Assembly: GCA_047285805.1 (NCBI GenBank)
Contig: JBJBCN010000002.1
Span: 1,216,001 to 1,280,000 of the forward strand
DNA length: 64,000 bases
Reading direction: 5' to 3'
Source of the DNA: Synechococcus sp.
Lineage (GTDB): Bacteria > Cyanobacteriota > Cyanobacteriia > PCC-6307 > Cyanobiaceae
A program made the position numbers and the translations under genes. Position 1 is the stretch's first letter; every line of letters begins with the position of its first letter. The notes below the pieces were generated by a model. The model was not told the DNA's origin. It made no database searches and was given only the letters and a program-made list of their open reading frames with translations. Positions 1 to 11,213 of the stretch are shown piece after piece.

Positions 1-3
1 GTC

Positions 4-450
4 TTGGCCCTAGTGGGCTGCTCCGGTCAGGCCAACGCACTAGCCAGCGTGGTGATTGCCTCCTGCTACGAAGGCGACAAATGCAGCACGACCGAAGGGG
101 AGAGCGTTGGGCTGGCCTGTATCGAAACCCCGAAGCTGAGTGGCCGCAATGCTGGTCTCTTGCCGGCCAAGGCTGCTGGCGACTATCTCCACAGCAGGGT
201 GGTCGGAAAGGAGTTCTTGATTCGCCGTGTCAACACTGACCGCTATGGCAGGACTGTGGACGATCTCTACCTGAAGCCCTTTGAGTCGGTTGGGCTAGGT
301 CTGGTACGCAGTGGCCATGCGGTCATTTATCGGCGCTTCGCCAAGCAGGGTCCTTGGGTCAACGAACTTGTAGTCGACGTAGTCCCACAGCAGCATGATC
401 TGACCAACGATGGCGTGCAGCCTGAGCAAGAGGACGCTCACTCTAACTAA
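4..450 (+). pseudogene. Thermonuclease (SNase-like) family protein, probably decayed
   Basis: The SNase motifs are recognisable but altered: CYEGDK (usually DGDT), GLACIETPK (usually RLxxIDTPE), DRYGRT and LVRSGHA. The 5' end lies at the window edge. Confidence 0.6.
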
Positions 451-849
451 TTAGAATCAAGCGAGAACTAGAAGCCGCTGCCGCTATTTTGTCAAGAATA
501 CCACGCAAGATTCTAATTGCAGTCATTTTGTGTGCTTGCAACTATAGAGTATGCGCCTAATTATTTTGACCAGACATATAGAATCCGCATCTTTAGAAAA
601 TGTGGCAAGCTACGGATAACGGGTTACACGCAAAGGTGGGTTCAATCCTGGATGCAGAATTGATACCGAAAGCACAAAGAAACATAGATTTTACCTCGAA
701 ACAATCGAACTCGTCATAAAAGAAGTACAGCGAAATCACCATTGCAAAAATGAATCAGCGATTGGCGGTTAAACACCCTAAAACCGATATTGCTATGAAC
801 TGAGCTGCGCTAGGAGGTGAGTGATTGGAACGATCTTATATTGAACTCT

Positions 850-875
850 AAAAAAGCCGCCCACTTGGGCGGCTT
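850..875 (-). terminator. Intrinsic terminator of the outer-membrane protein gene
   Basis: Hairpin aagccgccca/tgggcggctt with an A-tract on + (U-tract on -), just past the stop at 900. Confidence 0.75.
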
Positions 876-899
876 GGCGAACATCTCCTACACCTCTAA

Positions 900-1664
900 T
901 CAGAGGCGAATACGAACCCCTGCACGAGCGCCGTAGGAATACAATGGGGAATAATTAAGCCCATTAATGGAGAACGCTGTAGAACCATTGTAAGTAGCCT
1001 CGACAAATACCTCAGCTTTCTCAGTTGCTGCATATGCAACACCAGCCTTAGCGAGGTAGCCGAATGCTCCAGCATTGCCACCATCTACTTTGACACTTTG
1101 AGAAAATGTGCCAGTTGCTCCTGAGGTCAACGAGGCACTACCGGACTGCGTAGGGACGGATACATTTGTGTAGCCTATTCCTCCACCCACATAGGGAGTA
1201 AACTTGGTCTTGGTTCCAATGTCATAATAAGCACTCGCAAACACACTATTTGTACTGAGAGTTCCGGTACCGGTAATAGTGAAGCCGTACGGAACATCGG
1301 TGTATGTATTGCCAAGGTTGGTGCCACTCTCATGACCGCTACCGGTGATTTCACCGATCATTGGGCCATTAAAAAGATAGGTCAGCTCAGCTCGAATATC
1401 TCCGAAGTCGTACCCAAAACCAGCTTCGCCAGCAAAGCCCACCCCAAGATCAAGTTGAGGGGTAAGGAAACCGGAATAGGTATCTCCGTTGTCGAATACT
1501 CCCGAGTAGGACTTTTCATTATTACCGGTATTATTGGTCCATGAAGCACCAGCTCCTAGCGTCGCGTAGAAACCTTTAGTTCCTTTGGGAGACTCTTGAG
1601 CGAGCACCGGAGAGCTGAGAGCGAAAAGCGTAGCTGCTGCGGCAATCTTTAGAAGGCCCTTCAT
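900..1664 (-). CDS. Outer-membrane beta-barrel protein (OmpW/Opa/porin-like)
   Basis: Signal peptide, GFYATLGAG, GYDFGDIRAEL, FTPYVGGGIG and a C-terminal beta-strand (GARAGVRIRL). Confidence 0.85.
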   Translation of the reverse strand: MKGLLKIAAAATLFALSSPVLAQESPKGTKGFYATLGAGASWTNNTGNNEKSYSGVFDNGDTYSGFLTPQLDLGVGFAGEAGFGYDFGDIRAELTYLFNGPMIGEITGSGHESGTNLGNTYTDVPYGFTITGTGTLSTNSVFASAYYDIGTKTKFTPYVGGGIGYTNVSVPTQSGSASLTSGATGTFSQSVKVDGGNAGAFGYLAKAGVAYAATEKAEVFVEATYNGSTAFSINGLNYSPLYSYGARAGVRIRL

Positions 1665-2065
1665 TTGACCAGAGGTTCAATAGGCCTTATTTAAGCACAA
1701 GCGTACCGAATGCAAACCCGTCATATGGCAATATTTCGTCTGACCCAGCTAGCGCAAATCAGCATTTATAATTAATTAAGTGCATTTGAAGCGCAGGCCT
1801 CTGCAACCCTTCAAGTGATATGCGCCTATCAACATTAAAACTCATAGCATTTCGTCCGGCGCTTGGTATGGCTTTTTTGAAGATGCACTACACGCTTATA
1901 GTCTGAGCTTACACGGTTGCTTGGATTGCGTTTCAGGTTTTTCCCGAATTACTACTTGCTGCAGGTGCCATTGAGCTTGATGCATTTTGGAGTTGAAAGG
2001 ATAGTTGGAACCATATCAATCCAACGAAATAATAACCTTCGGAGCCTCAGCTCCCATTGGTTAGT

Positions 2066-2913
2066 TCATGCCTTCTGAGATGTTGTAAGTGTTAGCTCAA
2101 GCTCTAGCTGCTCATACCGAATGATGAGAGTGACTGGTGCACACTTCCACTGGTCTACAAGCTCTGCCATATGGTCAAGCCTGAGTTCGAAGCTACTCAG
2201 CAAATCCATTGATGCCGGATCGTCCTGGATGCTTGCCCAGTCAGTAGCTTGAGCCGTCTTGACCAACTGGCTGACCAGATCCTTGGTTTGATCCTCCTCG
2301 AAGACACTCCCGTTCAACTTGGTTTTACAAGATCGGTTTCCTGAGTTCTCGGCTGGATATTTTGCTTGCAGCTTCTCAAGCTCTCGGACAATTAGCGACT
2401 TCCCTTCAGACAACTCATAACTATTGCTTGCTTCAGTGTGTCCTTCCCAGTTCATCCGAGCGACCTGATAAAGAGCTGACACTTGATAGGACTGCAAGTA
2501 TTTGAATTCATCCTCTTTCCTTACCTCAAATCCCTCTTCCGATTCAAGCCCGTCATTCATTTCGCAACTGATTCTTTTTAATTCACTTTCTAGAAACTCC
2601 CCGGAAGTACTCAGCTTTGAAACTTTAGAGGGCTTAAGACCTATTTCCTGGAGATACACACGCAGTCGCTTCAAGAAGGTCCGGAGTTACCACTTCTCCA
2701 TGCCGACTTGGAAGAAGCTTTTGACCAGAGTCAGCCCTGCTTTTTGTAGCATGATTCTGCATCGTTTGTGTACTGGTAAAGATTATATAGATCTTTGATG
2801 CACTCTTCTCCTGCCCTGCTGACGATCTCGTTAGCAAGATCAGTGAAACGGTGATCATTGCTACCGTCCTCTTGAGTTAGATTGATAGTTGTAGATAGAT
2901 TCATTTTTTCCAC
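2066..2913 (-). pseudogene. Hypothetical element-borne protein split by a frameshift and a stop
   Basis: ORFs 2731..2913 and 2066..2674 can be joined by a frameshift near 2740 plus one TAA: ...YKK/AGLTLVKSFFQVGMEKW*LRTFLKRLRVYLQE... Confidence 0.45.
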
Positions 2914-3314
2914 GTGGATACTTTTTGGTTGCCACCTGCGGGCAACTCATCCTGGCAAATGTCATGGCGCCAAGCTTGAATTAACTAACTGTCTAGTTAG
3001 TTCACCTATATTCGGTTTGGGAAGTGTTGGCGTCGGCTCCGGCCGTAGCACTCACTCCGCAAACACGACTTGCATCGAATGATGGACTTCACCTGAGTTC
3101 ATGGTGCCACCGGTATGTTACTCGCGTCGGGCTAAGGGGGTTGAATAACGGGTACTACTGCACAGTGCCTGAAGCTGTGCTCTACCTGGCATCCAACAAC
3201 GCGAACAACGAACTACTCCAACCTGTTGTGGTTGGCATTTGGAGTTGCCCCTTTCTTTAGAGATGAATCCACTTGTCTAGTTTTACCGCCTTGAAACTGG
3301 CTTGACGCGTTCTT

Positions 3315-3642
3315 CTCTGTATACGGGGGGTCTTCTTTTCCCTGTATACATGTGCTATAAAATTGTCTGTATAAGGGTACTAATGCTCTTTCTGCTTACA
3401 CATGACGGACTTGTCTTCTTGAATGATTCTGAGATTGGTTTCTTCTGTATACGGGTGCTATCGCTCTCTGTTTTATCGGTGACGAACCTGTCCCCCTCCT
3501 ATACATCCGCCATCACTTCTCCCCGTATAAGCCCGTTATCAATGGTCTCCCTCCCTGTATGAGGGGCGGATCAGTTTTCCCCTATACAACCTTTAGCAGT
3601 CTTCTCGTCTACACCCGTTATTGCCTTTGTCTGTATACACCC
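3315..3642. repeat. Degenerate tandem array, ~13 units with ~25-bp period and core (c)tGTATAC
   Basis: Cores start at about 3319, 3344, 3369, 3394, (3421), 3447, (3470), 3499, 3525, 3557, 3582, 3607 and 3633. Confidence 0.65.
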
Positions 3643-3679
3643 GACATCACCATTCCAAAACAAGTAAGCAAGAAACTCA

Positions 3680-4849
3680 CTACAGAGATCTAACGGCCTC
3701 TACCAACCGCTGCCAAGGAACAGATCCATAGCTTCCAGTAACATTCGATGGCTCGTGGCCAAGCAATTTCCCGATTATTACCTCGTTGAAGCTATACTCT
3801 CTGAATTATGTCGCAGCATGATGCCGCAGCCCATGTGGATTAACACCCTGTAAAGGATTTACAGGGTTTAGACAAGTTATCCCCCAACGTCCATCAGGTC
3901 CTTGTAGACGCGGCTAGACAAAGCCCGTAGAGGATCGAAGCGGGGTGAGTATCTCTTCAAGCTCAGGATGCAGTGGTATTTCTCGATGAGAAGCACTTCT
4001 CTTAAGCAAACGCTCTGGATTAGGACGCACAACAATCCGATCCTCAAGCAAATCCTCGACCCTCAAGCCAGCAATTTCTGATAAGCGAGCCCCTGTGTAA
4101 CAAAGAAGCTTGAGGACTGGGACATAAATGCTTCCGGTCCAGTCTGTGACTGGTTTGACAACATCAAGACGATCTTTCTTGACGACCTTAAGGCGCTTGG
4201 CCAAGCCCCTAAAAATATGCGTTGAATTAGGCTTAACTTCTTCAAGAATCGACCAAAGGACACTCAAATAATTGATTGTGGTCTTGGCTGTATTCGCACT
4301 CACCCGTTCAAGCAAGTAAGTCCGGTAGAAGGCAGCGTGATCTTTGGTGCATAACAGCGGTGAACCAACACCGCAAAATCCCATGAACAGATCTAGCTGC
4401 TTGCACCAGCTATTCCGCGTCCGCCTTGCTGGCTGCTTGAGCTTGGTCGCAACAGCAATCAGATCCTCCGCCGTGTAGACGGGCTCAGGAATCAGCTCAT
4501 GGGTGACGACAGCGACCATCCGCTCTCGTTGGGCCTGACTCAACTGCGGATCAACCCGCGCCCCTTCCAGCAGAAGCTCCTGCACCTCAGGATCGTCGAG
4601 AGCCGCGGTGCAGGGAAGCCAATCGATCTGCTCATCAGGGCTCAGCAGCAACTCCCCACGGGCAATCGCGATCTCTCGATCAGTACTCGCCAGAAAGCCT
4701 GGAAGCCTCGCTCTGGCTTCGTTGAGGGTCTTGCCACCACCTTCCTTCCAAGTGGCCTTACAGACGATCTGACGCACGTCAGATAGCACCGCTCGTTGAA
4801 GGACGTAAGACTGGCGTGCCTTGTAGATGTGGCTGGGAATTTTGGGCAC
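3680..4849 (-). pseudogene. Tyrosine recombinase/phage integrase with two in-frame stops
   Basis: YTGARLSEI, then past TAG (3914-3916) NPHGLRH, and past TAA (3806-3808) KLLGH...TGSYG, ending at TAG 3680-3682. Likely start is GTG at 4849. Confidence 0.85.
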
Positions 4850-6047
4850 CGCTACCAACGCTTCTACCAACGCAAACGCAAGTAGCCTTAGGGATCTTTG
4901 CCCAGCACTAGCCAACAAGACCTACTTCAACTACGGCGGTCAAGGTCCCCTGCCGACACCGTCGCTGGAGGCGATCAACCAGAGCTGGAGAACCATTCAG
5001 AAGCTCGGGCCGTTCACAACCGATGTCTGGCCCTTCATCGAGCAGGAAACAAGCCGCCTGCGCAGAGCCCTTGCGTGCTGGTGCGGGGTTGGCCCCCATC
5101 GAATGACCCTGACGGAGAACGTCACTAGCGGCTGCGTCCTCCCCCTCTGGGGCTTGCCCTGGGAGGCCGGTGATGAGCTCCTCATTAGCGACTGCGAGCA
5201 CCCCGGTGTCGTGGCCGCCTGCCAGGAATTAGCTCGCCGCCACCAGTTGAGCCTGGCCACCCTGCCTGTGCTCGCGCTCTGCCAGACCACGCCGCAGGCA
5301 GAACTGGAGTCCGCTGTGCTGCAGCAGCTCGAGGATTACCAAACCCCGCGGACCCGGCTCGTGGTCCTCTCCCACCTGCTCTGGAACACGGGGGCGGTGA
5401 TGCCGATCCCGGCTATCGCCCATCAGCTCAAGCATCACCCCAAACAACCCTGGCTGCTGGTGGATGCGGCCCAATCCTTGGGCAGCCTTCCCGTCGCCCA
5501 AGCGGCGCAGGCATCCGACATCTACGCCTTCACCGGCCACAAGTGGTGCTGCGGCCCCGAGGGCCTCGGCGGCGTGGCCCTCTCGGAGCGGGTCATCGAC
5601 CAAGGCCAACCGACCCTGATTGGCTGGCGCAGCCTCGAGCAAGAGAGCAGCACCAGCAGCAGCTGGCACCCCGACGGTCGGCGCTTTGAAGTCGCCACCT
5701 CCTGTGTGCCCCTCCTCAGCGGCCTACGTCAATCGCTGGAGCTCTTGGCCGCAGAAGGAAATGACGACGATCGCCTCGAAAGGATTCGTCAGGGCAGTCA
5801 GCAGCTCTGGTATGGGTTGCAATCACTGCCGGGCTGCAGCACCCTGCTGCCGGAAGCTCCGCCCGCCGGATTGATCAGCTTCAAGCTGCAGGGCATTGAG
5901 ACCGCCCAAGCCGTGACGGCCCTCGGTCAAGCAGGGATCTGGATCCGCCGCCTCGATTCCCCGGATTGCCTCCGGGCCTGCACCCACATCTGCACCACCC
6001 CCACTGAAATCGAGGGGTTAATCGGGGCGCTGGCCAAGGTCAGCTAG
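4842..6047 (+). CDS. Class-V PLP aminotransferase (cystine lyase/cysteine desulfurase-like); start uncertain
   Basis: [23 protein letters not shown] and FTGHKW (PLP lysine). Confidence 0.9.
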   Translation: MGTATNASTNANASSLRDLCPALANKTYFNYGGQGPLPTPSLEAINQSWRTIQKLGPFTTDVWPFIEQETSRLRRALACWCGVGPHRMTLTENVTSGCVLPLWGLPWEAGDELLISDCEHPGVVAACQELARRHQLSLATLPVLALCQTTPQAELESAVLQQLEDYQTPRTRLVVLSHLLWNTGAVMPIPAIAHQLKHHPKQPWLLVDAAQSLGSLPVAQAAQASDIYAFTGHKWCCGPEGLGGVALSERVIDQGQPTLIGWRSLEQESSTSSSWHPDGRRFEVATSCVPLLSGLRQSLELLAAEGNDDDRLERIRQGSQQLWYGLQSLPGCSTLLPEAPPAGLISFKLQGIETAQAVTALGQAGIWIRRLDSPDCLRACTHICTTPTEIEGLIGALAKVS

Positions 6048-7555
6048 CAGGGTCGATTGCGCAGGGCCTTCTCGGCCTCCTCGCGGTCATCGAAATGCAC
6101 CTTTGTGGTACCAAGGATTTGATAATCCTCATGGCCCTTGCCCGCAATTAAGACGAGGTCCTTGGGCTGGGCCATCGCAATCGCCTCCGCGATCGCCTGG
6201 GCACGATCGGCGTCGACGCGCAGGGGCGTGCCCTCAGGAATCCCCGCAACCACGTCCTTGAGGATCTGCTCCGGATCCTCAGTGCGTGGGTTATCGGACG
6301 TGACCAGCACCTGATCGGCGAGCCGCGCTGCGATTGCCGCCATCTGGGGGCGCTTGGTGCGGTCACGATCGCCGCCGCAACCAAAGACACAGATCAGTTC
6401 TCCCTCCACAAAGGGCCGGCAAGCCGTCAGGGCACTCTCCAGGCCATCGGGGGTGTGGGCGTAATCCACCAGAACAGCTGGCAAGCCTGAATCGCAGCAT
6501 TCGACGCGAGCCGCTTGCACCCGCTCCATCCGACCCGGCACCCCCTTAAAGCTGCCCATGGCCTCCAACATCGCCCCCAAGGGCAGCCCTTGCTGCAGCA
6601 AAACCCCAACGGCCTCCAGCAGGTTCATCAGATTGAACTTGCCCAGCAACGGCGAGGCAAACGCTCCCTGACCAATCGGGGTGATCAGGGTTCCGCTGAC
6701 CCCCTGGGGGCCCATCTGCAACCTCTCCATCCGCAGCTCCGCGGAGGAGTGTGGCTCCAGGGAGGCCTGCCAGCAACGCTCCCCCAAACGTTCGGCCAAC
6801 CGCTGTCCCCAAGGGTCATCGACGTTGACGACAGCGCGCGCATCCGGTCCCAATAGGGGCGCCTCGAACAACTTGGCCTTAGCCTCGAAATACTCCTCCA
6901 TCGAGGGGTGGTAGTCGAGGTGGTCCTGGGTCAGGTTCGTGAAAATCGCCCCGGCAAAGCAACAACCGCTAATGCGCTGCTGATCGAGCGAATGTGAGCT
7001 CACCTCCATCGCCGCGATCCGCGATCCTGCCTCGGCGGCCATCGCCAGCTGGGCCTGCAGCTCATCGGCAAAGGCCGTGGTGTGCTGCGCCGTCACGCTG
7101 TGGCCGGGCCAGCGGTTGATCAAGGTGCCGAACAGGGCTGCTGGGTAGCCGCACCGGCTGGCCAGGTGCTCCAACAGATAGGTCGTTGTGGTCTTGCCGT
7201 TGGTGCCCGTCACCCCGATCAGAGCCAGTCGCTGACTGGGTTGCTGCCAGAACTCGGCGGCAAGCAAACCAGCCCAGCGGGAGACCGGATCAGAGACCAC
7301 CAAAACCGCATCGCCATCAGCGGGGGGCCGGGCTTCTGCGGCAGCGCGGCCAATCACGGCCAAAGCGGCACCAGCCTGAAGCGCCTCTGACCAATAGGCA
7401 CCGCCATCGACCGTGGCTCCAGGCAAGCCCACAAACACCGTCCGGGCCCCCACCCGGCGAGAGTCACAGCTCACCCCATCCACATCCGCATTCCCCAGTC
7501 CAGGGGGAAACGCCAGCCCGACCTGTCTCAGCAGGGTGTGGAGCCGTTGGGACAT
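6044..7555 (-). CDS. murE: UDP-N-acetylmuramoyl-dipeptide:meso-DAP ligase
   Basis: [27 protein letters not shown] and GKGHE. Confidence 0.97.
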   Translation of the reverse strand: MSQRLHTLLRQVGLAFPPGLGNADVDGVSCDSRRVGARTVFVGLPGATVDGGAYWSEALQAGAALAVIGRAAAEARPPADGDAVLVVSDPVSRWAGLLAAEFWQQPSQRLALIGVTGTNGKTTTTYLLEHLASRCGYPAALFGTLINRWPGHSVTAQHTTAFADELQAQLAMAAEAGSRIAAMEVSSHSLDQQRISGCCFAGAIFTNLTQDHLDYHPSMEEYFEAKAKLFEAPLLGPDARAVVNVDDPWGQRLAERLGERCWQASLEPHSSAELRMERLQMGPQGVSGTLITPIGQGAFASPLLGKFNLMNLLEAVGVLLQQGLPLGAMLEAMGSFKGVPGRMERVQAARVECCDSGLPAVLVDYAHTPDGLESALTACRPFVEGELICVFGCGGDRDRTKRPQMAAIAARLADQVLVTSDNPRTEDPEQILKDVVAGIPEGTPLRVDADRAQAIAEAIAMAQPKDLVLIAGKGHEDYQILGTTKVHFDDREEAEKALRNRPC

Positions 7556-7659
7556 GAAGAGGGGTTGCGACACCGCTGTTTTAAGTCGGTTCTGGGATGA
7601 AAACGTCGCCCCTGAGACCAGTCCCGTGAGCCTCAGCCAAGACAGGCTCCAGAGCGGGA

Positions 7660-7917
7660 CTAATGGACCCCCTGCCGGGTCAGCCAGCCGGCCAACTGCG
7701 ATGCCCCCAACCGAGGCGAGAACCGAGGCAAAACCCTCTCCCCATCTCGGTCGCGGTGAATCAAGACGGGAACTTCCAGGTCAAAACGGGCTAGCAATTG
7801 GGGATCCCGATCAACATCCACTGCTTCAAACGGGACCGCGGCGGAGCGCAACTTCTCCTCCAAGCCCTCGCAAAGGCAACAGCCCGCCCGGGTCACCAAC
7901 ACCAACGTGGCCATCAA
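7660..7917 (-). CDS. Glutaredoxin-like protein
   Basis: GCCLC (CxxC) and VPVL motif; usual position between murE and yidD. Confidence 0.8.
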   Translation of the reverse strand: MMATLVLVTRAGCCLCEGLEEKLRSAAVPFEAVDVDRDPQLLARFDLEVPVLIHRDRDGERVLPRFSPRLGASQLAGWLTRQGVH

Positions 7918-8174
7918 TCCGGCACCGGGTCACAACCGCAGGGCGTCCAGGGGTGACAACGCAACAGGCGCTTCAGCGTTAGCCAGCTGCCGCGCCATGG
8001 GCCGTGGCGTTCAATCGCCTCCAGGCCATAGGCGCTGCAACTAGGAATGAAGCGGCAGCGGGGAGGCCCCAGCAGAGGTGAAATCGCCAGGCGGTAAAAG
8101 CCGATTAGGGCCAGCAGCAGGCGTTGAAGCAGGCTGTTCATGTGCGCTTCAGGCCGAGCGATAGGATCGTGAAC
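7914..8174 (-). CDS. yidD: Membrane protein insertion efficiency factor YidD (start 8174 GTG or 8141 ATG)
   Basis: [10 protein letters not shown]...RLLRCHPW...DPVP. Confidence 0.93.
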   Translation of the reverse strand, partial: VHDPIARPEAHMNSLLQRLLLALIGFYRLAISPLLGPPRCRFIPSCSAYGLEAIERHGPWRGSWLTLKRLLRCHPWTPCGCDPVPD

Positions 8175-8272
8175 CTGCGTGGCGTTAAGCCTTGCAGCGG
8201 AGAAAGGTCCCAGGACCACCCCTCCATGCTCTCAGGCAAGCCATGTCTGAATCAACCTGAACATCAGTTCCT

Positions 8273-8881
8273 ATGTCTCGCTACCGCGGCCCTCGCCTGA
8301 GGATTACGCGGCGCTTGGGAGACCTTCCTGGTCTCACCCGTAAGTCCGCCAAGCGGTCTTATCCCCCCGGTCAGCACGGCCAAGCCCGTCGCAAGCGCTC
8401 CGAATACGCCATCCGACTCGAAGAGAAGCAGAAGCTTCGCTTCAACTACGGCATTTCCGAACGTCAGCTAGTTCGCTACGTCAAAAAGGCCCGTGCCCAA
8501 GATGGCTCCACGGGTACCAACCTGCTGAAACTGCTCGAGAACCGTCTCGACAACGTTTGCTTCCGCCTCGGCTTCGGCCCCACCGTCCCCGGTGCCCGTC
8601 AGCTGGTAAACCATGGCCACGTGACCGTGAACGGCCGCGTCGTGGACATCGCGAGCTACCAGTGCAAGGCTGGCGACGTTGTTGCGATCCGTGAGCGCAA
8701 GCAGAGCAAGAAGATGGCTGAAGGCAACCTGGAATTCCCTGGCCTCGCCAACATCCCCCCTCACCTCGAGCTCGACAAGAACAAGCTCACCGCCAAGGTA
8801 GGCGGTAAGTGCGAGCGCGAGTGGGTCGCTCTCGAAATCAACGAACTGCTGGTGGTGGAGTACTACTCCCGCAAAGTCTGA
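8273..8881 (+). CDS. rpsD: 30S ribosomal protein S4
   Basis: [10 protein letters not shown]...ARQLVNHGH...VVEYYSR. Confidence 0.99.
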   Translation: MSRYRGPRLRITRRLGDLPGLTRKSAKRSYPPGQHGQARRKRSEYAIRLEEKQKLRFNYGISERQLVRYVKKARAQDGSTGTNLLKLLENRLDNVCFRLGFGPTVPGARQLVNHGHVTVNGRVVDIASYQCKAGDVVAIRERKQSKKMAEGNLEFPGLANIPPHLELDKNKLTAKVGGKCEREWVALEINELLVVEYYSRKV

Positions 8882-8937
8882 CTTTCAGACCTGGCAAGAG
8901 ATCTGGACAGTTTTCTGGATCTCATTAAAACTTCACT

Positions 8938-8983
8938 CAAACCCTTGCTACCGTTTTTTTCTGGCGGTCAGCAAGGGTTTTTT
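8938..8983 (+). terminator. Element-supplied terminator downstream of rpsD
   Basis: aaacccttgct...agcaagggttt followed by a T-tract. Confidence 0.7.
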
Positions 8984-8984
8984 C

Positions 8985-9143
8985 ATGCCTGCCATTGCGC
9001 AGAAAGCCAAGGCCCTAAGCGGGAAAGGCGTGGTCCTGTCCTATGTGGACAAACCCGAGCACTTCTACTGGCGTGAACAGGTGCCAGGTGCCAGGTACCA
9101 AGCAGTGCCGACATCGACTACTGCCGAACGCCACCACAATTGA
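8985..9143 (+). pseudogene. Probable N-terminal stub of an integrase
   Basis: MPAIAQKAKALSGKGVVLSYVDKPEHFYWREQVPGA... lies next to the att site and resembles picocyanobacterial integrase N-termini (from memory). It stops after 52 aa. Confidence 0.4.
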
Positions 9144-9674
9144 AGAAGCACTGGCTGAATGCTTTGTTCCCATCTGGGGGTATCGCCTCAGATCAGGTCA
9201 GTCGAAAGTATTCAGGTGACCGATGGTCACTCTTCGACACTCCAGTCCCTTTCAGTGGTGCAACAGCTGAAAGGGATTTTTTGCAGTCAGGTTTGAGCAA
9301 GAAAAAACCCCTAAGTGTTCGACCTCAGGGGTTCGCGGTCCTGTCCCTTGACCTCATCAGGTCTATTCGGGGTCTTGTATCCACACGAGTAGGACAACCG
9401 TCGCTGAGGGTTCGGTCAAGGACGCTCACCCCAGGAAACCGCCCATTGAGAAGGGCGGCACTCACGCCGCCCTAGGCACCTGACCCCTCTGAACAGCAGG
9501 TGGGTCTGTTGGTGTCTGAACCCTTGATAGGTCGCACAGCAGGCAAACGACACCAGCAAAAACACCTGTTCAGGAGGAGGGGATCCCTGCACCCAGTGCC
9601 AGCACCTCACTGAAGAGATCCTCCGCCATCAGGTTGATCCCTGATGAAGGTGGAGCCTGCTTATTGCGTCACTC

Positions 9675-9932
9675 TCAGTTCAAGTCTTGGGTCATCACCT
9701 GAAACTCAGACCTGGGAAGCATCATCACGGTGACGCTGACACTCTTCGCCCTGGTGCTCTTCAAATTTGGGAAGTAATCGTTGATGAACCAATCGCGGAG
9801 GCAATCCTGGAGAGCCTCGCTCAATCCATCCTGGAAACGGAACTCACCCTTGATGTAGTCAAAGTGAATGCTTCCTAGACCCCTGTCGTTCAGAAGATTC
9901 GATAACCTCACCCTCGAGGAATAGACGATCAC
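9675..9932 (-). CDS. Hypothetical protein
   Basis: 85-aa ORF inside the rpsD element. Confidence 0.5.
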   Translation of the reverse strand: MIVYSSRVRLSNLLNDRGLGSIHFDYIKGEFRFQDGLSEALQDCLRDWFINDYFPNLKSTRAKSVSVTVMMLPRSEFQVMTQDLN

Positions 9933-10127
9933 TTAAGGCGAATTGATTTTGTTGAATCTAGGGTGGTCATGCTTAAGACCATGACCACATCCCGTTAAGA
10001 GAAAGCGAAGAACATAAAAAGGCGGTGAGCCAACACCGCCTCTCCTCCCCTAGACGCAACTCAACAAGTGGCATCTGACCCTGTTGTAGTTCCTCGGGAT
10101 ACAGAAGGCATCAGTACAAGCACCCGT

Positions 10128-10307
10128 TCAGGAGGGACTGGATCCCTGTTCCCAGTTCCAGCACTTCACCGAAGAGATGCGCTGCTTGGGGATAGAACCC
10201 TCATGAAGGTTGCAGTAGGCGCTGTCGTAGTGACGGCAGTACAGGCAGCAGTTGAGACCTGCTCCTGCCGTTCGCAGCAGCCCATAGGGGAGAACGTCAT
10301 TGGTCAT
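10128..10307 (-). CDS. Small Cys-rich protein (CxxCxH...C...C)
   Basis: MTNDVLPYG...CCLYCRHY...YCNLH...KCWNW, coupled by TGATG to the upstream gene. Confidence 0.65.
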   Translation of the reverse strand: MTNDVLPYGLLRTAGAGLNCCLYCRHYDSAYCNLHEGSIPKQRISSVKCWNWEQGSSPS

Positions 10308-10537
10308 CAGGCGACCTCTGGGCACCACCCAACCTGCTTTTCCCGTCTGGTCATCCAGTGACTGCACCTCTTGGTCAGGTGCTCTCCCTGTTGCAACTGC
10401 CGTGACTGAAGGCGGCACCCCAGCAGCGTTCGGCAGTGGGCATCAGTGCCATAGGTGAAGTGCTGACAGGTAATGCAGACCCTGCCTGACCTGGAGGCAC
10501 GTAATGCTCTCGATTCCATGAACTCCCAGCCCTCCAT
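10307..10537 (-). CDS. Conserved picocyanobacterial small Cys-rich protein (often mis-annotated 'galactose oxidase')
   Basis: CITCQHF...C...GC...GEHLTKRC..W...GWCPEVA. Confidence 0.75.
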   Translation of the reverse strand: MEGWEFMESRALRASRSGRVCITCQHFTYGTDAHCRTLLGCRLQSRQLQQGEHLTKRCSHWMTRREKQVGWCPEVA

Positions 10538-10552
10538 TGGCGCTCTGCCCTA

Positions 10553-10566
10553 AGTACACCCGTACT
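10553..10566 (-). promoter_or_regulatory. Cyanobacterial LexA (SOS) box
   Basis: AGTAC-GGGT-GTACT matches RGTACNNNDGTWCB, 15 bp upstream of the ATG at 10537. Confidence 0.7.
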
Positions 10567-10714
10567 ACTCGGGGCGGCGCTCGTTCCGCAATGCTTTTCA
10601 GGAAGGTTTCAGGTCTCAGTGGAATCCGGCAGAAACTTCTGAAGCCGGATTACGTAGGTGCATGGACGCAGCTACCCCCCTAGGGGGCGCCTTTGTCTGG
10701 ACGACGCAGGTTTG

Positions 10715-10954
10715 ATGGTCAACGTGTCCTCAGACTCCTTGCAGGCGCTCCTGGTGGCAGCTCAGCATTGGTTCCTGGCTCTCGCCGGCATAGGCCTTGT
10801 GGCGCTGGTTGCTCTGATGGCCAGGCTTCTTCCTGCGGTGAATCAAACCCAACGCCTGCTCGACTGCGTTGAGGGAGAAAGGCGGGGTTACGTCGGGAGT
10901 GCGATCCCGGAGATCGCTGAGATCGATGCGTATGACCACTGCAAGGGGTTGTAG
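10715..10954 (+). CDS. Small membrane-anchored hypothetical protein with a Cys pair
   Basis: One hydrophobic helix followed by ...LDCVE...DHCKG. Confidence 0.55.
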   Translation: MVNVSSDSLQALLVAAQHWFLALAGIGLVALVALMARLLPAVNQTQRLLDCVEGERRGYVGSAIPEIAEIDAYDHCKGL

Positions 10955-11213
10955 GCAGGCCTGATACCAGGCACGCTCTGACCATTCAAGTCACATCAAC
11001 CAACAGGAATTCGGTTAACTGGCCAACAAGAGACCAACCCAAACCAATCGGCGACAATCACTCGAACTATCAGTCAAACCGATTGCTATTACTGGAGTTG
11101 GAGAACTACGCTGAATAGTCTCCCCGTTCAAACTGATCCAAGATTCTTTGCTCTATTCCGGAGAGCACCGTGGTGACTTCAGGAACAAAGCCTTGGGAAC
11201 TGATGGACCACTA

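Noticed and set aside
3315..3642. CRISPR interpretation of the periodic array
   Set aside because: The ~25-bp units are too short, the repeats are degenerate, and no cas genes are present.
9350..9364. CUGAUGAG on the minus strand, suggesting a hammerhead ribozyme
   Set aside because: There is no correctly placed GAAA or stem II/III.
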